Source of the DNA: Lepidodermella squamata
Lineage: Eukaryota; Animalia; Gastrotricha
NCBI GenBank assembly: GCA_047495785.1
Contig: JBLDXI010000017.1
Coordinates: 1,178,001 to 1,242,000 of the forward strand
Length of the DNA: 64,000 nucleotides
Direction: 5' to 3'
The notes under the pieces are model-generated. The model was not told where the DNA came from. It did no database searches and saw only the letters and a program-made list of their open reading frames with translations. This document shows positions 1 through 13,198 of the stretch, in pieces; the first letter of the stretch is position 1, and each line of letters opens with the position of its first letter. The translations under genes and the position numbers were made by a program.

Positions 1-881
1 ATCGAGCAGTTTTCTAGATTTCACGTTTTACAACGACGAGCACAAAATTCTGATTTGCACGTGGGTTTTCTCTATACAACCGTTTCCTTATAACGTCTGC
101 TTCGCGGCTTAGAATTCCGAAAGTCGCATCAACAAATGTCAAACAGCTATTGAGTAGCATGCTAGATCCATCGGAACTGGAACAGTGGCCGCCAGATTCG
201 ATTGTTAAATCGCTGCTGCCTAAACAACTGCATCGTCTCGTAGAAATGGGTTCGAAAGAGATTGACAAGCGAATGGGTTACACGAAGATATTATTTGTGA
301 GACATCCTGTCGACCGAGTGATATCCGCATGGCGAGACAAGTTTTCACGTGGCTATCCTCCTGACCATCCCGAGCTTCACAGAATTATCGATGTTATATA
401 CAGGACATACCGTTTCAACGAGTCTAATGGATCTTTCAACACAGCTACCGAGGTACTGAAGAAACAGGAACCCGTTAAACTAAACGAATTCTTCAGGTTT
501 CTGATAGACTTCCAATCGAAACCTGAATTCCAAGATGTGCATTGTAATTTTAATCTCGTTCATGCATATGCAACGTCGTGACATCTTTTCACAGGGCGCT
601 CGTATGAAGCTCATTGCGACCCATGCCATGTGGATTACGAGTACATTGGGCATTTCGAAAACCTAAGTGTTGAGTTGGCCTACATTGTGAATGTAACTAC
701 GAGTGGCGGCAATTTCACTATACCGAAACCTGCGAATGGATCTTACGCCGCTGAAATGGGGGAGAAAAAGCGAGGAACGCTTCGATTAAATCATGAATCA
801 CTAATTTCCTCCGAACTTATCAAGGGCATTGAAGAACGTTACAGAGTTGACTTTGATGTATTTGGTTACGAAACCTCTTGA
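1..881 (+). CDS. Carbohydrate sulfotransferase (CHST8-14/HNK-1ST-like), array copy 1, 5'-truncated by window
   Basis: Introns 61-112 and 544-594. Spliced protein has 5'-PSB ICTIPKVASTN, 3'-PB FVRHPVDRVISAW, HW..Y..HCDPCH.DY.YIG.FE and Y..DF..FGY. Confidence 0.9.
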
Positions 882-1423
882 GTAGCATTTTTTGTTCACA
901 ATAAACGAGGGTGTTCTTTCATGTTTATGTGTAGCCAAGTGCGCACCAAAATTGACCTGAAAAAAATGTCGGCGAGTTCGCCACGTGACTTTCTTGGTGA
1001 GTTTTTCTCACACTTACGCAAACAATGAACGTGTGAATCATCAAAGAATTGAATCGATTCCTTATACGGGGTGCGCAATTGTCGGTTGACTCGACACAAC
1101 ATGATAGCTCAACGCACAAATTTTACGGCGGCAGCTTCTGTAGCTCAATTGAGCTTGGTATCTAATGTACGCAGAGCGGTTATAGTATAATACATTCGAG
1201 CATAACAAAAGGTACTCACGAAAATCTACTTAACACTTAACGCAATCTCTTGTAAACAAGCACATTTTGCTGTGAGCGGGGCAAGGCGTTGGCGTACGTG
1301 CGCCGTGCGCCTTGCGCTGACCTAGATAACCTAAAATTGTGAATGCGGTATGTTACTTGTGCACGATTTTGATTTAGATTTTATTGCCATCGAATTGAAT
1401 GTTTAATTTTCGACTTGCAGAAG

Positions 1424-2625
1424 ATGAATAATCAAATTATCAAAATAGGACTTTTCGCGCTTATCCTCGTGGTTGGGCTGTTTCATGTATTAGACATGCA
1501 CCTTGAAACATCCTACGCTCTGTCGAATTCCTTCTCGAGCTACCTGACCGAAATTTCCAAGCGCTCTTATTTTCTTTCGATATTCAGGGGTGAGAGCTTG
1601 GCAGAGCAGAGCTTCCGCCATCGTAGGCAGCATGTGGTAGATACCTGCAAGAGGCTATTCAATAAATCGCCGCAGAGAGATTCCTTAACCGCCTCAACTT
1701 GTCAGTCATTTTACGAATTCACATTCTTCAATGACGAGTACAAGTTTCTATTATGCACGTGAGAAATGAGTCTTTCTCAAAGCTCTGTAACTTAAGCTGT
1801 CATTTTTAGGATTCCAAAGGTGGCCTCTACAAATATCAAAGAATTTATGGTGAGCCTATTGAATAAATCTCAACTTGAAGTGTGGCCACCTGGTTCCAAC
1901 AATAAGCCCCGCCCTCCGCATATCCACAGATTATTCGAGCTGCCACGTTACGATTACAACAGTAGGGTCAATTATACTCGAATTATGTTTGTTCGAGACG
2001 TAAGCTAAATAGGGGTGTTTGAGCTTAACTATATTAACTTATGGTTGATATTCCAGCCGCTTGAGCGAGCACTCTCAGCTTGGCGAGACAAGTTCTCTTC
2101 GAGATATCCACCAGAAGATCCTGAGCTGCAGCGTATCGCTCAAAAAATTATTCGTCAGTACCGACCTGAGTCAAACAGTTCCGACATTTATCCGATAAGT
2201 ATTGAAGAATACCTAAGATTCCTGAGTGAAGGTGGAACGAAAGATCCTTCATCCGTTAACATTCATTGTAAGCTTCCCTCAACAATTTCTGAGAGTTATG
2301 TGCTGAAAATAATCTATTTTGAGGGGAATCCTACGTCAGGCATTGCGATCCGTGTAACATTCAATACGACTACATCGCTCATTTTGAAAACCTCGAGCTA
2401 GAGCTTGGTTACATAATCAAAAAGCTGACCGGACGCAATTTAGTCAATGGCCTGCCGAAACCTGCGGCGCAGTCGTTTGCGGCGTTCAGAAGCTCGCTGG
2501 AGCCGAATTCAACTCTCAGATCTCTCTACACCTCTAATATTGCCCCAGAATTGATAGACAACGTGACAGCTTGCTATGCCTCTGATTATGAAATTTTTGA
2601 GTACAATACTCATCCTGCTGAATAA
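1424..2625 (+). CDS. Carbohydrate sulfotransferase, copy 2
   Basis: Type II TM anchor; introns 1759-1809, 2000-2056, 2268-2323 (GAG acceptor). Motifs IPKVASTNIKE, FVRDPLERALSAW, HWESYVRHCDPCN. Confidence 0.9.
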
Positions 2626-2936
2626 TTAACACAAAAGATGATTGCGCCAGAGAGTTTATTCACACCTTTGGCATGGGCGGTATTCAATGAGATACCCCAC
2701 CATATGATGTGTCGTAGTGTCGTAATCCGACTGGCGCCCATGATCAATCGATGATAATGAAGAAATGACTGCGGTATTCTGCAAGGCGTTTCAACCTATG
2801 CCGGGGCATTAATCGATAATAGTCGCACCGTCTCTTCCTAGCCACACAAATTTGCATGGACATCATCCAATCACATGTAAAACATATTTTCTCAACTATG
2901 ATTAAGAAGTCAATATCCTAGAGTCTAGTAGGCATA

Positions 2937-4209
2937 ATGGCGATAACCATACGAAGGTTGGCTTTATATCTCTTGGTCATGGCCGGCACATTGTCGGTCA
3001 CGCTTCATTTAGTTGGAGTTTATCTCGATGGATCGGGGGCGGTTCGCAGCCCCCGATTCTTGCACCTTTTAGTTGACCAACTGCATTTCGTACTACGGAA
3101 ACGCTTTCCTACGAAAAACTTCTCTAAATCAAACCAGTCTTCATCGAGCGAATTGAAAAATATCGATGAAAGAGCGAAGGCATTCGATAATCGCCGCGAT
3201 CGCGTAATCAAAGCATGCAGGAAGAATTTTGGTTACGAGCCGAAACCTTTAACAGCTGGTGGCAGTAAAATAACAGCTAGCGTTCAGTCATTCTTTGATT
3301 TTACGTTCTACAATGACGAATACAAGTTCATGATTTGCACGTAAGAGTTCTTGCAGCATTCAGCTTTCAGTTGGAATATATAGTAATTACCATAGCATCC
3401 CTAAAGTCGCATCGACCAATATTAAGGAAATGCTGCTGAGTCTCCTGGACCTTAAAACCAAAGTTCTCTGGCCGCCTGGGGCGGAATATGCCATTCCTAC
3501 TACACCCCACATTCATAGGCTGATCGAAATTCCTCGGGCGGAAATCGAAAAACGAATGGACTACAAAAAAATCATCATTGTTAGGCATGTTAGTTGGAAT
3601 TTTGCCCTCTATTTCAGCGTTAAATCAGTATTGCTTTCTTAGCCTCTTGACCGGTTGATATCAGCGTGGCACGACAAATTCTCGAATTCTCGATACCCTT
3701 CAGGCCACCAAGAGCTCTTCTGGATCGTGAAAAAGATTGTGAAATCTAGGAAGAGCTTGCCTCATCACGGACGCGAAGACCCAGTTACACTGGCTGAATT
3801 TCTCAAATTCCTCGTCGAAGAGGGTAATAATCCGGGAATCGTCGACGTCCATTGTGAGTTGCGCCAAAATTCTGTTTTCAGTTATAAGTTCAACCTTATT
3901 TCAGGGGTCTCCTACGTAAAACACTGTGATCCTTGTCATGTTCGCTACGATTACATCGGCTACTTCGAAAATCTGGCGAATGACCTCGGTTATATATTAA
4001 ATGTGACCAGTAACTTTAAGCTGACCGGTGCTAACATTCCAAAGCCAGCCTCTGGCTCGTTTGCAGCAGAAATCGGCGATTTTCAAACTCTAAATACAAC
4101 TTTGAGGTCCATATACAAAGATCAACTATCTGCTGATCTTGTGAAACGAATATATGATCAATATTCTGTTGACTTTGAACTGTTTGGATATGATCGGGAA
4201 GGTCTTTGA
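2937..4209 (+). CDS. Carbohydrate sulfotransferase, copy 3
   Basis: TM anchor; introns 3341-3395, 3589-3642, 3854-3904; same PAPS-binding motifs. Confidence 0.9.
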
Positions 4210-4967
4210 TAAGTGGCCCATATATTTTTGAATAAAAGCATTCTGCATATGGTAACATCTCACGAACGACTTTGATTATGTTGGCAGCTCGCGTTATTAA
4301 ATACAAAACTCCAAGAAAATCATCGATTCTACGGCGCACGAAGTCATAAAGTGTTTTAGTCGTTACCATCACAAATAACGCTAGTGCAGCGAAAATGCCT
4401 GGACAATGCTTGAATATCTCCTTCAAGCTGTTCGGTCCAAAAAGACACTTGCTGTTTCAATTATTAACTACGAAAGCCCTGGTATTATGCGTCTTGGCAA
4501 AGCACACAAAGAAGAGACTGCTAATCAAAAATTAAGGAGCCCAATCATATATTCCTGATGCACTTAAATCGATTCCCAGACGATCATCTGCTCACTTCAC
4601 TCGAACGTTTGAAAAGTAATAGCCGCGATCTAGAGCAACCTTAACTGTGGATATACAGTTGACGCGTTTGACGCGGCCATATCACTTTCAAACCTGCTTT
4701 GTTTATGTTCAAGTTTTGGAACTATTTTTCTTTTTTTGTGCGTAGGCTACAAAATTGACACTGTCTGTGTGAATATCGATCTTGGATGATGAAAGCATAG
4801 TAGTACACTGCTGTTAGCGCATCGCCATTCAAAAATTCAATTTTTGGTTAGCATTGCTTTGGCCCAGTATTCCAGTAAAATCAGTAAAGTAGCAAAGCAT
4901 ATCTGAAAATGCACTTGCCTATTGAATAGGAATGTAGCTGTATAGCCTTTAAACGTCAGCAACAGCC

Positions 4968-6249
4968 ATGAAGCTGATAGCTTACGAAATAACTTTACTA
5001 ATTTTTTTGGTCACAATGATTACCTTGCATTTCGCCCTGTGGGTCTACATCCAATCAGATCTGAGGGTCCCCATTCGTCGATCGCTTGATATCATTATCC
5101 GACGCTTTAAGCTGCAAGTAATTGAATCGCCGGGAAACTCTTCAACCGTCGATGCTGCCAACTCTTCGCTCTGGGCAAGCGTAACCAATTTCAGTACGAC
5201 GCACATTTTTGAGGCAAGGCGTCGAACCGCAGAAGATGCCTGCCGTAAAAGATATGGAATTGTACCACAAATGGTTAACGGAGAATGGCGATCCAATACG
5301 AGATCGTTTCTCGATTTTACATTTTTCAACGATCAATACAAGTTTTCCATTTGCACGTGAGATCATAAGTACTTACTGTCACCTTTTAATCCTTTCCCGT
5401 TATTCCATAGAATTCCGAAAGTTGCAAGCTCGAACATTAAGGAGATGCTGCTAGGTCTGATTGATTTGAAGAAAAAGGTTGAATGGCCGCCCGAATCAAA
5501 AGTTTACTCGCTGCCATGGATCCATCGACTAATTGAGCTGCAGATTGGTCAGCAAACTAAGCGCACCAACTACACCAAAATAATTTTTGTCCGTCATGTA
5601 AGCATTACCTGACCCTCTAATTTGTCATTCTAGCAAGTTTTTTCAGCCTATCGATCGGTTGATATCGGCATGGAGGGATAAATTTTCGAAGGGCAATCCT
5701 CCGCTAGAGCTGAGAAGGGCTCAAAATGCTATTCTCGAGCATTCACGATATACAAATGGAACTTTTCCTCCGAAAGTACGCTCAACACAACTCTACAATG
5801 ACTCAAATCCTGTGACACTGCAAGAATTCTTTCAATTCATTGCTGATATCGGTACAAAGCGGTTGCATCTCGACGTTCATTGTAATGCTTTTTTCATAGT
5901 ACACATTTTTTGTAACTAGTTTTTCTGTTTAAACACAGGGGTGCCTTATGTCGATCACTGCGACCCGTGTCACATTCAATACGACTACATTGGCCACTTC
6001 GAGAACCTTGAAGAAGACATGAGCTATATCATGGAGACCACTTCAGGAATATCTGCTAAGAGTCTGCTACCTAAGCCGAAGAATGGGTCTTTTGCTGCAG
6101 ATTGGAGTGTTATTTTCCCGAAGAAGGGAAAAGCTGAAAGAAGTCTGCGCTCATTTTACGCCGCTCATTTACCTGATCATCTTGTAAAGAAAGTATCCGA
6201 GATTTATTCCGCTGATTTTGAGATTTTTGGTTATAAAAAAATTGAATAG
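4968..6249 (+). CDS. Carbohydrate sulfotransferase, copy 4
   Basis: Introns 5357-5410, 5598-5646, 5882-5938; frame intact; IPKVASSNIKE, FVRHPIDRLISAW. Confidence 0.9.
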
Positions 6250-6871
6250 CGAATGAGAAAAACGTGTTTTAAATTATTATTTTTCTCAGGACTAATGATG
6301 AATTTAATTTGTGGGGGTGGTCAAGTTGCTACCCATCATGTCAACAGGGCGTGACACGTTAATTTGTAACGTTGAACATGGCGACGGGATAATACACATG
6401 CATATAATATGCATATGGCAAATATCATTCACTGAAGAATTGACCAGTGTGGCTAATTCTCATTCCCCTTTTTAGTGCTTACCAGGTTATCAACTTCTCG
6501 CAGTGTCGTTGTTCGATTACAGCTGCAACGAATTTGTCTGCTCAATACCAGTGAGTAGGTAACTGCAATACGTCTTCTTCGCTCGATATTAGGAACTGCC
6601 CTATTCATCTCGAGAAACCGACTCTAAAGCTTTTTCACACTTTGCACATCCCCAATTCTTAGAATAAGTATTTAAATTCTAAACTTGCCTAGATTTTTCA
6701 TAAATTGAAGGTGCACTGTCTTTTTATCACATCGGAAGGTGAGGCGATTTGTTTATGAATAGCCCGCTCAGCGCATCGAGGTTACCTATTGATGTTAAAG
6801 GGTTATGCCAATTTTTATATCTTTAGCTGATCTTTTTTTATGGTGTATTATGATTCGTCTTTTTCACACCA

Positions 6872-8134
6872 ATGAAGCTGATAATATGCGAAATAGCTTT
6901 GCTGTTCGTCTTGGCCACAATCATCCTAAGTCAACTGGTCGGATGGATTTATCTTCAAAATGATTTTGAACCTCCACTGTGGGTGGTGGTACAAAAGTCA
7001 AGTCAGAAAAATCAAGTCACAAAGAATGTAACAGCAGTTCATGCAAAAAATTCTGTAACGAATGATAATAGGCATTCAAGAGCTGACATTTTTACTAGTC
7101 GTCTACATCATGCAAATCAGGCTTGTAAGAAGCTATTTGGGAGCACTCCTCAAGTTATCGACAACGAATGGCGACCTCATAGTGCGGCCTTCTTGGAGTT
7201 CACATTTTTCGACGACCGATACAATTTTTCAATTTGCACGTAAGATTGCTGAAATTAGTTGTTGAACCCTATAGGACTCCGGAATTCCTTCTGCAGAATC
7301 CCCAAAGTAGCGAGCAGCAATATCAAGCAAATGTTGCTTAAACTCATAGATGTGGGGGTTACGGTTGAATGGCCTCCGGGGTCTAATATGTTTACGTCAA
7401 CTTGGATACACAGGCTGGTGGAACTTCCATCCAAGCAGATGCCCAAACGCATGAATTATACGAAAATCGTCTTTGTTCGTCATGTAAGTCGAACTGCAAC
7501 TTTGAGCAAATAAAACTCATACCGTTGCGCAGCCGATAGATAGACTGAGATATCAGCCTGGCGCGACAAATTCTCAAGAGGAGATCCACAACCAGAATTG
7601 CGCCAGGCGTACAATCAAATTCTTGAAAACAGCCGCTTTACTAACCGCACATACCCACCGAAAAACACCTCAACGCTGCTTTACGATGACCCGGACCCAG
7701 TGACTCTGGAGGAATTCTTCAGATTTTTGGCCGATAAAGGATTGGAAGTTGAATTTCTTAATGTTCATTGTGCGACAACATGCATTACTATTTGAAATGG
7801 TGACCTAAAATGATGTATCTCCACAGGGTTACCCTTCGTCAACCTCTGCGACCCCTGCCACGTTCAGTATGATTATATTGGCCATTTCGAAGAACTGGAG
7901 CATGATATGGGCTACGTCTTACAGATGGTAACGGGAAAAGCCGATCAATCCTTCCTTCCAAAACCTCAAAACGGCTCGTTTGCTGCTGAGTTAAATGCCT
8001 TGTTTCACAACAAGAAGTCGAAAGCTGTCAAAACTTTGCGTTCATTTTACGCTAACCAGTTATCTGAAGAGCTTGTTCGGAGGGTATCCGAAAAGTACTC
8101 AGCTGATTTTGAAATTTTTGGATATAGGCTTTAA
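6872..8134 (+). pseudogene. Carbohydrate sulfotransferase, copy 5, frameshifted (pseudogene or assembly error)
   Basis: Introns 7240-7296, 7484-7532, 7770-7826. Exon 3 reads ccg ata gat aga ctg AG ata tca gcc tgg, 2 nt longer than paralogs, giving a TGA at 7701-7703. Confidence 0.7.
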
Positions 8135-8808
8135 TCTCACTTTCGCCTATTAGCAGTTGATTGGAATTGTTAACCACTTAACACGAAAAACCATTTTTTG
8201 ATTCGGACCTAAGAACAAAGTCTTTTTGATACGCCTCTGCTGCTTTTGTGCATTATTAAGGCGATAAATTTTTCGGTCAATGCCTATCACTAGTTGTTAT
8301 GTTGAAAGAGATTAATTTCAGTTAGCTGATTATCAAAACTTTAAAAAAGGCAAGCTGAAAGCACCCATCTATCAACCTTATCCCAGTAGTAAGCATCCAG
8401 TATTCGACGATAGCCAAAAACAAGAATACGCTCCTGTTTGGTGCACGTTACTAAGGTGCCGCAAGCCTATTTTTATGACGCAGTTACAGGAATCGGTCAC
8501 ATGGTGTTAGGTGCCTCCGATGCGAAAATTTCCTTTAAAGACACATGCTATGGCTCATTGAAGTGCCAGTGCACATGGACATACTTTTTGGCTGAATAAA
8601 ATTGGGTCATTCTTTTGTAAAGATTTTGTCCGTAAATATGTCCAATATTCGGCGTAAAAGTGCGTGGGTTTTTTGATGGAAGAACGAGGCAGTTTCCTCA
8701 TCAATAGGACTTCTCTGTAAGCGGGTGGTATCGGAATTACCCGTCTACCGTCTGCCATTAATGCGCGTTTGCCTCTTCACGGTATGATGAATCATCTTGT
8801 TTCAAGTT

Positions 8809-10057
8809 ATGAAGCTGATAATTTACGGAATCGCTTTTGTGATCTTCATGGCTACCATAATTATTGGTCAGTTCATCGGTTGGGTTTATCAAGAGGGCGA
8901 AATTCACACGCCAATGCGCCAATTAATGGATATTTCAATTCATCATTATCAGATCAGATTCGGCGGTAATATTACTGCGAATCGCTCGAACGAAATTAAC
9001 AAGCAGAAACTAGCTGACGTGTTTTCTTCACGCAAGCAGCTAGCGATTCAGGCTTGTATTAGGCGATTCGGTCAGTGTCCCCAACGAGTAAACGGTGAAT
9101 TGAGGTCTAATCGTGAAACTTTCTATGAATTCACTTTTTTCAACGACCAATACAATTTCTCGATTTGCACGTAAGATTCATTCATAATGCCCCAACGCAA
9201 TGAAGAAAGTACGTCTTGTCTAAAGAGTCCCAAAAGTGGCTAGCACCAACATCAAAGAAATGCTGCTCAAATTGATAGATATGAATACTCCTATCGAATG
9301 GCCACCCGAGTCAAAAATGTACACAATGCCTTGGATTCATCGACTTATCGAATTAAAGTCTCCGCAAATCGCAAAGCGGATGGATTACACTAAAATTGTG
9401 TTTGTTCGTCATGTAAGTTACGTTTAACTTTCAAATATCTCTTAGTTTATTGTGTTGCGCAGCCGATCGAGCGGCTGATATCAGCGTGGCGGGACAAATT
9501 TTCAAGAGGTAGTCCTCAAGCCGAACTGCGCCTTGCTCAAAATCAGATACTGGAACATAGCCGCTATCGAAACAGAGCTCGCCCCGCAAAAAACACATCA
9601 ACACTTCTTTACGAAGATCCTGAGCCAGTGACTCTCGAAGAATTTTTCCGATTTCTTGCTGACAAGGGCTTAGAACCAAAGTTCGTTGATGTTCATTGTA
9701 AGGCATTTTCATGAAAAGAAGAGCTAATTACCCTTTCGCGATTGTTTAGGGATGCCGTTCATTGACATCTGCGATCCCTGCCATATTCCCTATGATTACA
9801 TTGGTCACTTCGAAGACTTGGAGCGCGAAATGAGTGACATTTTTGGAAGGATTACGGGTAAAAAAGCAGAGACCCTCTTGCCCAAACCTCAAAATGGGTC
9901 ATTTGCTGCTGATTTGAAAGCCACTTTTCAAAAGCAGAAGAAAACAGCCAGAACTTTGCGCTCATTTTATGCTGGCCAGTTACCTAAAGATCTTGTCCGG
10001 AAGGTGACAGATATGTACGCGGCTGACTTTGAAATATTTGGATATAATAAGCGATGA
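8809..10057 (+). CDS. Carbohydrate sulfotransferase, copy 6
   Basis: Four exons with the same intron positions (intron 1 9171-9225, AAG acceptor); VPKVASTNIKE, FVRHPIERLISAW; frame intact. Confidence 0.9.
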
Positions 10058-10582
10058 ACATTTTTTCAAATAAAGTGCGCTCCACAAATTGTCTATTTAG
10101 CCAATTTTTTGGATACTCAGTTCTACAACATAGGTATACTGGAGGCATTGTTTGTTTCTCTCTATGTTTTCGACGTGTTTTTTTCGCGCACCAAGGAAAC
10201 TGTATCGGCTTTGCATTTTTACTGCGACACTGGCGGCTTGAAAAAATTGTCTGCGCCACGCATGTCAAAATGCACGCTCAAACTTATGGATAAAAATACT
10301 GCTATTAATATTAGTATAGATGAACCAGTTTTACCGCTGCGCGTGCTCTAAAAAACTGGGTTTCACGTTTACGCTTATTGATTACTGAGGCGAAAAATTC
10401 CTCACTGAGGCGAAAGCGTGGTTATAAGGTATACTGTATTCGAATGTTTTCACATGTTTTGGTTCTCTCTAGACACCATTGATCCAGCCATGTGACCTGT
10501 TATTTTCTTCATATTTCGCGCCTGTCGCTGCCAAAGTTGATTTATTTCGATCCTTTTTACAATATCATACAAGTAGCCCTCG

Positions 10583-11876
10583 ATGAAGCTGATATCCTAC
10601 GAGATAGCTTTGCTAACTTTTTTCGCCGCTCTTATAATAGGGCATCTTATCGCCTGGATTTATTTCCAGGCAGATTTCCATACACCCCTTGAGCGATCTT
10701 ATGAAGTCGTTATTCGTCACTTGGAAATCAGACTCGCGGGTGGTTTGAACTTCACAGAAAAAACTCGTCGCAGCAGTCCATTGTTTGAATTCGAAGAAGA
10801 TGGTATGAACAAGACGGAAATCTACAAGGCTCGTCAACGTCGAGCAAGTGAAGCTTGTCTTAAAAGATACGGATACAAGCCAGAAATGATAAATGGCAAC
10901 TGGCGCTCGACCCATCGCTCTTTCCATGAATTTACATTCTTCAACGACCAATACAATTTTTCAATCTGCACGTATGACCCCGCTTGAATTTTCCGTGCAA
11001 GGTGATAAATATTTCATTCAATAGAATACCTAAGGTGGCCAGCACTAACATAAAAGAGATGCTGTTGGGCCTAATCGATTTGAAAAAACCAGTGGAATGG
11101 CCCCCTGGATCTAAATTTTTATCGCTTCCTTGGATTCATCGACTGGTTGAGTTGCCAATTCCTGAAATTTCAAAGCGAATGAACTACACCAAAATTATAT
11201 TTGTTCGTCACGTAAGTCATGCAAGGGAAAACAATCACGCAAAAATTCTACATCTGCTCTATACCCACAGCCTATCGAGCGGTTAATATCAGCTTGGAGG
11301 GAAAAATTTTCGAAAGGCAGTCCGCAAGTGGAACTTCGGCGTGCGCAAAATCAGATCCTCGAGCACAGCCGATACACTGATGGGATTCGTCCACCAATAA
11401 ATAGAACAACTTGGCTATACGATGATCCGAAGCCTGTCACTCTCAAAGAATTTTTTCAATTTTTGGCTGATAAAGGAACAACCCCGGCATTTATCGACGT
11501 TCATTGTAAGATATCCTATAAAATTTGCATTAATTCAAATTTATTAATTTTTAACTGACGTATAGGGGTGCCCTTTGTCAACCACTGTGATCCATGTCAT
11601 GTGCAATACGATTACATCGCTCATTTCGAGGATCTGGAGCAAGAAATGAGCTACATTCTTGAAACATTATCGGGAAAATCAGCCAGATCTCTTCTACCAA
11701 AACCTCAAAACGGCTCATTTGCGGCTGATTGGAACAGTATTTTTCCGCAGCGAAATCTAGCTGACGAAACTTTACGCTCATTCTATGCCGATCAACTTCC
11801 CGCTGGTCTTGTGGAGAAAGTATCAAACATATATTCCTCAGATTTTGACATTTTTGGGTACAAGAAAATTCTTTAG
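10583..11876 (+). CDS. Carbohydrate sulfotransferase, copy 7
   Basis: Four exons, same motifs and intron positions as copies 2-6. Confidence 0.9.
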
Positions 11877-13198
11877 TTTGTTTACTCATTTTAAATACGA
11901 CGATAATGCTTGAAAGCCCATTCAACGACGAATAAAATTTACATCATCTATGCACATTTTAAGGTCGTGTTCTTTTCCGGAAAGCAACGCTAGAATTTGA
12001 CACAATTTGAGTCTTCTTATCATATTTTTCAGTTATCTTCGATTACTACTCTGAGAAAATGTATAAGACTTATTATTGTATGACCAACTGGATGCGCTTT
12101 CATTAAAGAGGGCACGTTTATTAGCAACCTAGTCATTTTTTGCTTGCTCCTGGATTTCTTATCATTCGACTCATCGGAAGCCAACACCCATTCCATATCA
12201 TATCGTAAGATTTTATTCAACAACATTCGATTCAACAATAATAGAATTTCGACTTATTTCTACGTATATTCTTCGGCTTTGTGGCGTTTTGCTCTATAAA
12301 GAGCAGAATCAAATGCTCATCATAGCTCAAAACTTCTTCTCTCGCGAAAAACTTCGGTTTGAAAGCAATGCGGCAAATAAAGAGAGTCAAATCGTGGAAT
12401 AATACTCAAAGGCAATGTTTAAATTATATTTTTGTTGGATTTTATAGATATTATTTTTTCTTGACTTCCCTTCACATTAATTTTAAAAAGTGAGCAACAA
12501 GTGGTTGCCGCAAAGAGTTTGGTGTGGCCAAGGAGGCCAAATAAGCTGGCTTTTGCCTTTCCAGGGTCTCGAGGTGCCAGAGTTGCCAGGGTCTATCTTA
12601 GAAGTGCGATTGACATTTGACTAGTCCCACTTCTTGGCGCATTTTTGCTTGAATTCTCGCTTGATGCGACTGTCGATTTTGCGATTCTGTCGCCGATAGG
12701 CCCGCAGAAGGGTTTAGACGCGTATGGCAATACTTCTCTGGTCAGATTGCCTCTTGAAGGAAACACCTAAATCGCTGTCGTCATTTATGAGCCATTTATG
12801 AGCAAATAGAAGAAGGGCTTTGTCGCTAGTTAATTCGTCCTGGATGCTAGTCAAACTAGCCGTTAAGCTATGGTTTATTGTCATACTTATATTTTAGTTG
12901 TTCGCGACGGCTTAGTCAGTGCCACCCTAATTATCTTTCGATCATCTAATTATCTATTCATCTTGCGAACCTCCAGTAACTATGGACTATTAGAGAGTCT
13001 TAGAAAATGCACTGTCGACTGTCGACAGCAGATTAGTTTCTTTTTTCTGAAGTGACGGAGTGAGATTTGGCATTTGGCATTTGGCGCAAAATCGACTAGT
13101 TTCTGAAACCTTCCATTTTTCTTGCTTTACATTTAATAACGAACGTGTCTATTTTTGTTCGTATCTTAATAGGCATTTACTTAGTTCAAAATGTGTTG

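Noticed and set aside
11950-12780. Interrupted minus-strand frames, one weakly resembling a non-LTR retrotransposon linker (RAYRRQNRKIDSRIKREFKQK..W)
   Set aside because: Stops in all frames and no RT or endonuclease motif; cannot be supported without a search.
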